Shown: positions 24,297-33,111 of the stretch, one piece after another
How positions within the stretch are numbered: position 1 is the first letter of the stretch
How the letters are laid out: each line of letters opens with the position of its first letter
Assembly (NCBI GenBank): GCA_026389555.1
Contig: JAPLHQ010000074.1
Location: forward strand, 1 to 50,030
Source: Chloroflexota bacterium
GTDB taxonomy: Bacteria; Chloroflexota; Limnocylindria; Limnocylindrales; Limnocylindraceae
DNA length: 50,030 nt
Direction of reading: 5' to 3'
Notes under the pieces: model-generated
Told to the model about the DNA's origin: nothing
Databases searched by the model: none
Seen by the model: the letters and a program-made list of their open reading frames with translations, nothing else
Translations under genes and position numbers: made by a program

Positions 24297-25142
24297 TCAG
24301 TCTGAGCGTGGCCGCTGACGAGGAAAGGCGCGGTCGTAGGTGGCACTGATCGCCGCCGCGAGATCGTCCACCGCTTCGCCACGACGCTCAGCGATCCAGG
24401 CCAACGTGAAGGCGACATTCGCCGGCTCATTGCGACTTGGATCGGGGGCGCCAGGCATTGTCAGCCACGGTGCATCGGTCTCCGTCAGTAGCCGGTCGGC
24501 CGGAACCGCTCGAATCCACTCCGCCGTGGCGCGCTCCTCAGGACGGAAGACGAGCCCCGAGATGGAGATGAGCCCGCCGAGTGCGAGCCCATCCTCAATG
24601 TAGCCCTGACTCCCCGACGCGCTGTGCAAGATAAGCGGCGCCCTCCCGCCAAACGCGGCGGCGCCGCCCGGCGCGCCAATCGGCGACTCTTTGAGTGTCT
24701 TGATCAGCTGGCGCTGGGCATCGTCGCCGTCCCCCGCTGAGCGGCAGTGCAGGATGAGCGGCTTCCCAAGCTGCACGGCAACCTCAATGTGCGCCTCAAA
24801 GTTTGCGATCTGATCTGTGAGTGACGCGTAGTTGCGCTTTGTATCGATCCCTGTCTCTCCGATCGCCACGATCTCGGGCTCAGCGGCACGCGCCAAAAGG
24901 GCGGCACGCTGACTCGCCTCATCTGTGGCGTGGTGCGGATGGATCCCGATCGCCGCATCCATCCAGTCGTGCTCACGCGCAATCTCCACCGCGCCCTGTG
25001 AACTCGCAACGCTCCATGACGGGATGAGGAGGCGCGTCATGCCGGCGGCACGCAGGCGCGCGATCACTTCGTCACGATCGACATCAAAGCGATCGGCCTG
25101 CAGGTGGCCGTGCGCGTCAGTCAGCGGAGGTCGGCTGCTCAT
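24297..25142 (-). CDS. tatD: TatD family metal-dependent hydrolase/DNase
   Basis: DAHGHL, GIHPH, AIGETGID, ILHCR and LTETDAPW. Follows metG, a common synteny. Confidence 0.9.
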   Translation of the reverse strand: MSSRPPLTDAHGHLQADRFDVDRDEVIARLRAAGMTRLLIPSWSVASSQGAVEIAREHDWMDAAIGIHPHHATDEASQRAALLARAAEPEIVAIGETGIDTKRNYASLTDQIANFEAHIEVAVQLGKPLILHCRSAGDGDDAQRQLIKTLKESPIGAPGGAAAFGGRAPLILHSASGSQGYIEDGLALGGLISISGLVFRPEERATAEWIRAVPADRLLTETDAPWLTMPGAPDPSRNEPANVAFTLAWIAERRGEAVDDLAAAISATYDRAFPRQRPRSD

Positions 25143-26745
25143 CTGTCTCAAGTCGCGGGAAGAGTGGGACCGGCTCGCCGAGTGCCCCTGTTGCGGCAAC
25201 GCTCCCCCACCCTCCGAGTGCCGCGCGTGTCTGGCTCCCGTGACCAGCGGCGTCATACGGCCACGGGTGACCGAGAAGCACCCAGATCTTCTCCGCCGTC
25301 TCAGGGATTACAGGCGCCGCATAGAGCGCAACGAGTCGACAGGCCTCAAGAAGGTCGCCAAGGACGCCGGCGAGTTGCTCGCGCGCCGCCTCATCTCCAC
25401 CCTTCGCCGCCTTCGCCAACTCCCACGGCTTCTCCGCATCAACGAACCGATTCGCCGCACCAACGAACTCCCAGAGGGCGCCGATCCAATGGTGGAGCGC
25501 GAGCCCCTCCATCGCCGCCTCACTCTTTTTTCGCGCCGACTCCCACTCGGTCGCAAGCGGCGCCGCTGTCGCCGCACGCGGTGCTGGGGTCTCGGTACCA
25601 AACGCGCGACTCGCCATGGTTGTTGCACGGTTCACGAGATTTCCGAAGTCGTTCGCGAGCTCCGAGTTGTAGCGACGGATGATTGAGTCCCAGCTCACCT
25701 CACCATCGCCGTCAAACGGAATCTCGCGCAGCGCAACAAAGCGCGCACCATCGGCGCCGAGCGCCGCAACGGCGCTATTCGGATCCAGGAAGTTGCCGCG
25801 GCTCTTACTCATCCGCTCACCGCTGGAGAGGAGCCAGCCGTGCACCCAGATGCGCTTCGGCGCCTCAAGGCCCGCACTCCAGAGCATCGCCGGCCAGAAG
25901 ACAGAGTGGAATCGATTGATGTCCTTGCCGATAATGTGCAGATCAGCTGGCCACCACGGCGCACCGTTCGGATCCGCTGGGAAGCCGGCACCAGTGAGAT
26001 AGTTGATGAGCGCGTCATACCAGACATAGATCGTTCCAGCGGTCGGATCGCCGCTGCCGTCTGCGTTCAGCGCGCTGCTCCCGTCCTCGCGAATCGGGAA
26101 GGGAATTCCCCAGGTTGCACCCTCACGACTGATGGAGAAGTCTTCAAGACCCTGCCGAATAAATCCGAGCATCTCGTTGCGGCGGTACTCAGGCTGCACC
26201 GGCGACGGATCTTGCATCAGCCAGGCCTCAAGTCGCTCCTGGTAGGCGCTCAGTCGGAAGAACCAGTTCCGCTCCTTGAGCCACTGCAGCGGCACGCCGG
26301 GATGATTCGGGCAGACGCTCTCGCCCCCCTCTTTCACCACATCACCTTCAGCGCGGAATCCTTCGTTGGGGCAGTACCAGCCCTCATATGTGCCGAGATA
26401 GATGTCGCCAGCGGCGAATGAGCGGCGCACCATCTCCTGAGCTGCGAGCGTGTGATCGGCATCGGTGGTGCGAATGAAACGATCTGGGGTGATGAGGAGG
26501 AGCGACTCGCTCTCCTGGAAGAGGGCGACGTTTTTGTCAACGAACGCCTTCGGGCTGAGCCCCTCCTCCTCTGCACGCGCGGCGATGTTGACCGAATACT
26601 CATCGGTACCGGTCAGGAAGCGCACCTCGTCGCCCCCCATGCGACGCCAACGCGCGATCACATCCGCCCCGATCACCTCATAGAGCGTGTGCAGGCCGGG
26701 CTTGTTGTTTGCGTAGGCGATGGCCGTAGTTAGGTAGTACCGCAT
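25117..26745 (-). CDS. metG: Methionyl-tRNA synthetase (short form without C-terminal tRNA-binding appendix)
   Basis: YYLTTAIAYAN, FLTGTDE, DRFIRTTD, IYVWYDALINY, IGKDINRFH, RMSKS and YNSELANDFGNL. Confidence 0.95.
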   Translation of the reverse strand: MRYYLTTAIAYANNKPGLHTLYEVIGADVIARWRRMGGDEVRFLTGTDEYSVNIAARAEEEGLSPKAFVDKNVALFQESESLLLITPDRFIRTTDADHTLAAQEMVRRSFAAGDIYLGTYEGWYCPNEGFRAEGDVVKEGGESVCPNHPGVPLQWLKERNWFFRLSAYQERLEAWLMQDPSPVQPEYRRNEMLGFIRQGLEDFSISREGATWGIPFPIREDGSSALNADGSGDPTAGTIYVWYDALINYLTGAGFPADPNGAPWWPADLHIIGKDINRFHSVFWPAMLWSAGLEAPKRIWVHGWLLSSGERMSKSRGNFLDPNSAVAALGADGARFVALREIPFDGDGEVSWDSIIRRYNSELANDFGNLVNRATTMASRAFGTETPAPRAATAAPLATEWESARKKSEAAMEGLALHHWIGALWEFVGAANRFVDAEKPWELAKAAKGGDEAAREQLAGVLGDLLEACRLVALYAAPVIPETAEKIWVLLGHPWPYDAAGHGSQTRAALGGWGSVAATGALGEPVPLFPRLETDEQPTSAD

Positions 26746-26864
26746 CGCGTTGGAGTGTCGCACACGATACGCCCGCCGTACGCGGCGAGGGGCACCCTCG
26801 CCTAAGACGGTGCGGCCGAAGCCCAGGGAGGGACCTTGGGGGCGGTGCCGGGAGAGGAGCTCAC

Positions 26865-27260
26865 ATGAACAAGGTGATGCTGGCGGGTCGGATGACCAAG
26901 CCGGTCGAGATTAAGTCACTCCCGTCTGGAAGCAAGGTTGCGGTGGGGAGTCTGGCCAGCCACGACTTCCGAGGCGGAGAGGAGCGCACCGAGTTTCACC
27001 GCCTCGTCTTCTGGGAGAAGCTCGCTGAGATTGCGGCGGCCCACCTACAGGCGGGCTCGCTCGTCTCCATCGACGGCCGACTGAAGACGCACGAGTGGGA
27101 GAGCGAAGGATCGCGGCGCTGGATGACGGAGGTCATTGTCAACAGACTCGAGTTCCTCGGTCCGAAGCCGCAGAGCGCGGATCCGGTAGCAGATGGTGCG
27201 GAGCCAACTGATCTCGGAGAGGCAGAGTACGGCGAAGAGATCGCGCCAGCGCGCTCCTAG
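26865..27260 (+). CDS. ssb: Single-stranded DNA-binding protein
   Basis: MNKVMLAGR...TEFHRLVFWEKLAE...GSLVSIDGRL OB-fold. GAGGAG SD. Confidence 0.9.
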   Translation: MNKVMLAGRMTKPVEIKSLPSGSKVAVGSLASHDFRGGEERTEFHRLVFWEKLAEIAAAHLQAGSLVSIDGRLKTHEWESEGSRRWMTEVIVNRLEFLGPKPQSADPVADGAEPTDLGEAEYGEEIAPARS

Positions 27261-28168
27261 TCGTCGGTGCGACCGAGCGGTTCGCCACCCTCGGTCGCGT
27301 CCTCATGCGCAGCCGCCCAGAGGCGGCGCCGCTCAAGCCCCCACTCTGCTGCAATGCTCCGTATCGCATCGCTTCGTGATGCACCAGCGGCAACCCGCTC
27401 CTCAACCGCAGCAAGTGCAGCGGGGTATGCGCCACCCGCATCTGTGGACTCAGCAACCGCGCTCGTCTCGCCAAGCACAATGACAAACTCGCCGCGACCA
27501 TCAACTTCGCCGCGCTCAACGGCGAACGCAACCTCTTCTAGGCTTCCGCGTCGCACCTCTTCATGCAGTTTGGTCAACTCGCGACAGAGCGCAACACTTC
27601 GAGTGCCACCACATGCGCTGGCAAGATCACGGAGCGTCTCAAGGACGCGGCCACCCGCTTCGTAGATCACTGTCGCTCGTTCATCGGCAGCAATCGCGCC
27701 GATCACACGGCGACGATCAGTCCCGCCGCGCGGAAGGAAACCTTCAAAGCTCCATCGCGCACCGGCAACGCCAGAGGCGACAAGGGCGGCGAGAACGGCG
27801 GAGGCACCAGGAATCGGTATCACCCGAATACCGGCGGCGATCGCCGTGCGCACAAGGTGTTGGCCAGGATCGCTAATGAGTGGAGTACCGGCATCACTAA
27901 TCAGCGCCAGCGCATCTCCTCGCTGTAGGCGTTCAATGAGCGGCAGGGTCCGGTCCACTTCGTCAAATCCTGGCAGCGAGATCAGCTCGCTGGTGACGTC
28001 GATTGATGAAAGGAGCACGCGCGCAACACGTGAATCTTCCGCGATGATGGCGCGCACCTCTCGCAACACCGCGATAGCACGAGGAGAGAGGTCGGCGAGA
28101 TTTCCGATCGGCGTTGCGACGATATGAAGCGCGCCAGGCGTTGCACCACCCCCGCGCGCATCACTCAT
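27257..28168 (-). CDS. rsmI: 16S rRNA (cytidine1402-2'-O)-methyltransferase
   Basis: LHIVATPIGNLAD, ISDAGTPLISDPG, FEGFLP and RELTKLHEE. Confidence 0.95.
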   Translation of the reverse strand: MSDARGGGATPGALHIVATPIGNLADLSPRAIAVLREVRAIIAEDSRVARVLLSSIDVTSELISLPGFDEVDRTLPLIERLQRGDALALISDAGTPLISDPGQHLVRTAIAAGIRVIPIPGASAVLAALVASGVAGARWSFEGFLPRGGTDRRRVIGAIAADERATVIYEAGGRVLETLRDLASACGGTRSVALCRELTKLHEEVRRGSLEEVAFAVERGEVDGRGEFVIVLGETSAVAESTDAGGAYPAALAAVEERVAAGASRSDAIRSIAAEWGLERRRLWAAAHEDATEGGEPLGRTDD

Positions 28169-28199
28169 CTCAATCTCAGCTTGGCCGCGAGCGGCGGCG

Positions 28200-29012
28200 C
28201 TACGCGGAGATCTTCGGGAAGGGTGGCATCTCGCGCTTAAACTGCGAGCGCGCCATCATCCCCTGCACCTTCGCCACAAACTCAGCATCAAAGCCGTCAG
28301 CAACTACTGCAGCGGCACTCTTCTTCTGGTCTACGAGGCGGAAGAGGATCCGGTCCAGCGTTGGATAGTCAAAGCCGCCCTCCCCTTCGTCGGTCTGACC
28401 TGGCCAGAGGTCGGCGCTCGGCGCCTTGGTGAGGATCGCTTCAGGAACGCCAAGGTGTGCGGCAAGCGCGCGAACCTGGCTCTTGTAGAGATCGCCAATC
28501 GGATTGATGGCGCACGCAGCATCACCATGAAGCGTGGTGTACCCGATCATCGCCTCTGACTTATTCCCCGTCCCCATCACCAGACCGTCGTAGCGTGCAG
28601 ACTGGTCGTACAGGGTGATCATGCGGAGACGTGCGGCGATGTTGCCGCGACGAATCGGGCTGAACTCAGCGCCAGATGGCAAAGCCGCCTCCACGGCGTC
28701 GAGTGCCGGGCTGATCTCGATCTCTTCAACGCTACAGCCGAGGGCTGCGGCGACTGCGAGTGCATCAGCACGAGATGTTGGTGCAGAGGTTCGGTACGGC
28801 AGGATGTAGGTGCGAAGTCGATCCGCGCCGAGCGCATCCGCCGTCAGGAAGCCCACAAGCGCTGAGTCAATGCCTCCGGAAAGCCCAAGGATTGCGTGCT
28901 TCGCGCCGATCGTCTTGAACTGCTCCTGGATGAAGGTGCGGCAGACGACTCGCACGACCTCCAGGTCAATGTCTAGCTCGCTTGGAATCTGTACCGCGCT
29001 AGCACCACTCAT
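28200..29012 (-). CDS. nadE: NH3-dependent NAD+ synthetase (no glutaminase domain)
   Basis: GLSGGIDSA, GNIAARLRM, GTGNKSE, GYTTLHGD and KAPSADLWPGQTDE. Confidence 0.95.
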   Translation of the reverse strand: MSGASAVQIPSELDIDLEVVRVVCRTFIQEQFKTIGAKHAILGLSGGIDSALVGFLTADALGADRLRTYILPYRTSAPTSRADALAVAAALGCSVEEIEISPALDAVEAALPSGAEFSPIRRGNIAARLRMITLYDQSARYDGLVMGTGNKSEAMIGYTTLHGDAACAINPIGDLYKSQVRALAAHLGVPEAILTKAPSADLWPGQTDEGEGGFDYPTLDRILFRLVDQKKSAAAVVADGFDAEFVAKVQGMMARSQFKREMPPFPKISA

Positions 29013-29035
29013 TCGAGCCTCCTCATGCGCTGTGC

Positions 29036-30961
29036 TCAGTTGCTCCAAGCCTCAATTGACCATGCATAGAGAGGACTGCTGACGTCGCTCTCCTCTGTTG
29101 GCCAGCTGATGCCACTGGAGAGCAAAGTATAACCAGCGTCAGCCCAGAGGAGCAAGTATGGCCGTTCACTCCGTCGAAGCGTTTGGAACTCAGCGTAGAG
29201 AGGAGCGCGCGCACTCTCGCTTGCAGAGCCCAGCCCTTGGCGCAAGAGACTGTCCGCGCTTCCACTCTGCCAGCAGACGAAGTTCTTTCCTGCTGGTGAC
29301 TCCTCGGTTGGGCAGGCTGCAGAGCTGAAAATATCAGTGTCGTCAGGGTCAAGGCTCCACTGCCAGCTACCGATGTACGCATCAAAATCGTTCGGGTAGC
29401 GCAGCCTTGGAAGGATCTCACTCGTATAGGCCTCTGCGGAGACCGTCAGGGAGAAGCCGCATTCTGCCGCCTGGTCCGCAATCAGCTGCGCTGCGCTGGT
29501 CCGTGCGCTCTGCCCATCACGCACAAGGATGGTTGCCTCAAGTCGACTCCCGAGCCTGGCGAAGACTCCATCGCTCTCTTCACTCCACCCGTCTGCAAGG
29601 AGGGAAGCTCGAGCCCCCGCAGTATTGCGAACCGCCTCAGGAGGTGCTGGCAATTGCACCGCCCACGAGTTCGGCGCAACGGTGCTACTGATTGGAATCC
29701 CACTATCTCCCGCCGCCTCGCTGATAATCGCGGGAAGGTTGACACAGGTGCTCAACGCAGTACGCACGATCGCATCGGCGAATGGTCGTCCCGGTCGCAT
29801 GTTGAATGCAAGGAAAGTATACCCACGGGATGAAGGGGCCTTCAGCATCTTCGCGTCACTGCGCACCTGCAGGCCTGCAACGCTCGCCGCACTGAGATTC
29901 GGGATCCAGTCAACTTGCGAGGACTGAAAGGCGCTGATCGCAGAAGCCTGGGTCGCATACCTCGTAACCACAACACGCTTCATTGCCGGCGCTCCCAGGG
30001 CGAATCTACTGAAGCTCTCAAGAGAGAGGCGCTCCCCGGGGGTCCGCTCCGTGAACTTATACGGACCGGCGCCAATCGGGATCAGTTGCGCATCGAGCAG
30101 CGGATAGGCCACCTCAAGCTGACTCTCAACGGGTGCAAGGAGGTACGACTCTAGTCGCGTCAGACGACCAAATAGATCCTTCGCATACGCCTCCTCATTG
30201 CGTGACCCACCACCCTGAGCGCCTCCGTTCAGCGCAGGGAAGATGCGCGGATCTGGAAGTGAGAGGCCAGCTTGGCTCAACGTGCGTTCAAGTTGCGGAA
30301 TCAGCGGCGCATATTCACAGGCGGTCGCCCTAACGGCCCCGCAGGAGGTTGCGTCAAGCTCGGCCACCAGGTTCTCGCGCGCCAACGTGATGAGGCTACG
30401 ATCGGCCTCTTTGACGCTGTCGCGGAAGCGATCAAGCGATCGCTCCAGAGCTGCCTTCGACAGAATTGGAATGGTCAGGCCACGTGTACCCCACGGCGCC
30501 CAACTACCAATAAGACGGAACGTCACACGCTGTCCACCATCCGCCTCAACCGACTCGAGTCGCGTCCGAACGAGATCACAGATGTCGGTAGCAAGGGGGC
30601 ACTGCCCGCTCTTTGCTAGTTCATACGTAAAGGCAACATCATCGGAGTTGAGAAGTGAGCCGTCATGGAAGGTGAGCCCAGTCTTCAGCTTGACGCTCCA
30701 GCTGGTACCGCCCGGAGAGATTTCCGGCGCACCATCCGCCAAGACGGGCTGTGGGCGGAACGCAGCATCGGGACGATAGAGGCCAACCTGAATGAGACCT
30801 CCAACGAGGGCAGACGACTCATCAAGATACGCCGCGCTGAGATTAAGCGGCTCATCAGTGACTGCAACGCGAAGGGTTCCTGCGCTCAGCACTGAACAAC
30901 CCGCGCTTGACGCGACAAGCAGAAGCGTTGCAGTAAAACGGAGGAGCAGCGCGCGGCTCAT
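29036..30961 (-). CDS. ABC transporter substrate-binding lipoprotein, family 5 (peptide/nickel type)
   Basis: Signal peptide with lipobox-like SSAGC, LKTGLTFHDGSLLNSDDVAFTY, PIGAGPYKF and FNMRPGRPFAD..VRTAL. Confidence 0.88.
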   Translation of the reverse strand: MSRALLLRFTATLLLVASSAGCSVLSAGTLRVAVTDEPLNLSAAYLDESSALVGGLIQVGLYRPDAAFRPQPVLADGAPEISPGGTSWSVKLKTGLTFHDGSLLNSDDVAFTYELAKSGQCPLATDICDLVRTRLESVEADGGQRVTFRLIGSWAPWGTRGLTIPILSKAALERSLDRFRDSVKEADRSLITLARENLVAELDATSCGAVRATACEYAPLIPQLERTLSQAGLSLPDPRIFPALNGGAQGGGSRNEEAYAKDLFGRLTRLESYLLAPVESQLEVAYPLLDAQLIPIGAGPYKFTERTPGERLSLESFSRFALGAPAMKRVVVTRYATQASAISAFQSSQVDWIPNLSAASVAGLQVRSDAKMLKAPSSRGYTFLAFNMRPGRPFADAIVRTALSTCVNLPAIISEAAGDSGIPISSTVAPNSWAVQLPAPPEAVRNTAGARASLLADGWSEESDGVFARLGSRLEATILVRDGQSARTSAAQLIADQAAECGFSLTVSAEAYTSEILPRLRYPNDFDAYIGSWQWSLDPDDTDIFSSAACPTEESPAGKNFVCWQSGSADSLLRQGLGSASESARAPLYAEFQTLRRSERPYLLLWADAGYTLLSSGISWPTEESDVSSPLYAWSIEAWSN

Positions 30962-31335
30962 GCGGTTAACTGGTCGTATCCGGCGGCATCAAGGAGTGCC
31001 GCGAGCTCCTCTGTGTTGCTGAGCGCGACTTCAAGAAGCCAGCCCTCACCATATGGATCTGCATTGACCGTCTCTGGGGCGCTCGACAGCTTCTCGTTAC
31101 GCGCCAGAACGCTGCCAGAGATCGGGCTGAAGAGGTCGCTCACCGCCTTCACCGATTCGATGGCACCGAACACCGCAAACTGCTTCAAGTCTGAGCCAAC
31201 CGCCGGAAGATCAACGAAGACAACATCGCCGAGCTCACCCGCCGCATGCGACGTGATCCCGATGATGGCGCGGTCACCGCTCACTCGGACCCATTCATGC
31301 TCCTTTGAGTAGCGAAGGTCTGCTGGTGACGACAT
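30958..31335 (-). CDS. gcvH: Glycine cleavage system H protein
   Basis: YSKEHEWV, GITSHA..ELGDVVFV, lipoyl-Lys in IESVKAVSD and NADPYGEGW. Confidence 0.96.
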   Translation of the reverse strand: MSSPADLRYSKEHEWVRVSGDRAIIGITSHAAGELGDVVFVDLPAVGSDLKQFAVFGAIESVKAVSDLFSPISGSVLARNEKLSSAPETVNADPYGEGWLLEVALSNTEELAALLDAAGYDQLTA

Positions 31336-31337
31336 CT

Positions 31338-32516
31338 TCAACCCCCTTGCTGGTGCGCAGCGTGCGCTCGTCCCTCTGTTGATCGCTTCAAGATAAATGG
31401 TACGCCAGTCACCTCGGCAGCCACGCCCTCCCCACGAATGAGCACCTCAAGCGGCTCACCGGGCGTAAAGGGAGCTGCCCCCGCATCAAGATCGGCGAGC
31501 GCGATTGGATAGCCAAGGCTCGGCGAGTGTGTCCCTGAGGTGACTCGTCCGAGCGTGACGCCGCCCGGCCGACGTACCTCGTATCCGTGCCGTGCGATCC
31601 CTCGGCCGGTCACACGGATCCCGACAAGGGTGCGCCCAAAACGTTCGCCACGCGCTGCACGTGCGGTCAGCGCCTCTCCGCCAACAAACCTGCGTGGCGT
31701 ATCAAGCTTCACAACCCTGCCGAGACCAACATCAAACGGTGTCAGCTCCTCGCGCAACTCGTTCCCGTAGAGCGGCATCCCCGCCTCTAAACGGAGCGTG
31801 TCGCGCGCGCCAAGTCCGATCGCCTGAAACGGGGTTCCGTTTGAGATCGTTGAACCCGCAGCCAGCAGTCCGCGCCAGAGTGCAACGGCGTGGGCGTTCT
31901 CAACGTAGATCTCATATCCAACCTCACCGGTGTATCCCGTGCGTGCAATGAGGGCGGTGATCGCTGCCCCTGAAACTTCAAGATGCATCGTGGCGACCGA
32001 GTAGTTCCGTAGGGCGTGGAACGCCACACGCTCCTCTTCTGCAATGAGCGAAGCCAAGATCTCTGCGCTCGTCACCCCTTGGATGGCGATCATTGAGGTG
32101 CTGTCACTCTCGTCCACAACGGTCGCGGATCCACTCGCACGTTCACGGAGTGCCGCCGCAACCACCGCTCTGTTCGATGCGTTGGCAACAACGAGCCACT
32201 CTTCATCGGCGATGCGATAGACGACGAGATCATCAAGGATCCCGCCCACTTCGTTGACGATCATGCTGTACTGCGCTCGTCCCACCAGAAGCGCAGACGG
32301 GGTGGAGACGAGTGCGTAGTCAAGCGCTGCCCCTGCGGCAGGGCCGCTCACGCGGATCTCGCCCATGTGACCAAGATCAAAGAGCCCAGCGCCCGTGCGG
32401 ACGGCACGGTGCTCCTCAATCACACCCGCATACTGGACGGGCATCTCCCAGCCGGCAAAATCGACCATCCGTGCGCCGAGTGTCAGGTGCTCCTCGTAGA
32501 GCGCCGTGCGCTGCAT
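31338..32516 (-). CDS. gcvT: Glycine cleavage system aminomethyltransferase T
   Basis: [29 protein letters not shown] and [13 protein letters not shown]. Confidence 0.96.
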   Translation of the reverse strand: MQRTALYEEHLTLGARMVDFAGWEMPVQYAGVIEEHRAVRTGAGLFDLGHMGEIRVSGPAAGAALDYALVSTPSALLVGRAQYSMIVNEVGGILDDLVVYRIADEEWLVVANASNRAVVAAALRERASGSATVVDESDSTSMIAIQGVTSAEILASLIAEEERVAFHALRNYSVATMHLEVSGAAITALIARTGYTGEVGYEIYVENAHAVALWRGLLAAGSTISNGTPFQAIGLGARDTLRLEAGMPLYGNELREELTPFDVGLGRVVKLDTPRRFVGGEALTARAARGERFGRTLVGIRVTGRGIARHGYEVRRPGGVTLGRVTSGTHSPSLGYPIALADLDAGAAPFTPGEPLEVLIRGEGVAAEVTGVPFILKRSTEGRAHAAHQQGG

Positions 32517-32953
32517 CAGTCGCGCGTGAGCGCGTCGTAGGCGCGCTGGACGAGTCCGCTCTCGGTCTGGAAGTCGAGGAGGCGAACCGCTTCATCCATT
32601 CGCACCCAGCGCAGCTCGTCAAACTCCTTGTCGTACTGCTCAAAGCTGCCGCCAATCGCCTCCATGATGTAGTAGTGCACCGTCTTCTCAATCCGCTCGC
32701 CGGTGCGGACAAAGGAGTACGAGATCGCATCGAAGTACGAGAGGATGCGCACCTCAAGACCAGACTCCTCGCGAACTTCACGGAGCGCTGTCTCCTCGCG
32801 GGTCTCCCCCTCTTCCGGCGTCCCCTTCGGGAGCGACCAGACGTAGCCGTCGCGCTCGCGCTTTCGGCGGCCAACAACAATCTCAGGCTGTCCGCCCACG
32901 GCACGGATGACGAGCCCTCCTGCGGAGACGGCTATGCGCTTGCTGAGTGCCAT
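32516..32953 (-). CDS. Nudix hydrolase
   Basis: Nudix box WSLPKGTPEEGETREETALREVREESG. Confidence 0.93.
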   Translation of the reverse strand: MALSKRIAVSAGGLVIRAVGGQPEIVVGRRKRERDGYVWSLPKGTPEEGETREETALREVREESGLEVRILSYFDAISYSFVRTGERIEKTVHYYIMEAIGGSFEQYDKEFDELRWVRMDEAVRLLDFQTESGLVQRAYDALTRD

Positions 32954-33111
32954 ACATGCTCCTCACATCGCCTACGTGTCAGGCGCCCATAGGCACCTCT
33001 CATTGAGACGATGGTAGTCCCGTCAGCGCGAGGGCGCTGAGGGGGTGAGCGCGCTACGCTACGACATGAGGCTCCCCCGCACGTGGAGTGGCAGCCGGGA
33101 AGGAGGGCGCG

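Noticed and set aside
26746-26864. T-box or SAM riboswitch upstream of metG
   Set aside because: The region is too short and lacks T-box and S-box consensus elements.
32954-33111. Glycine riboswitch upstream of the gcvT operon
   Set aside because: No GGAGA...GCCGAAG...CTCTCAGG core on either strand.
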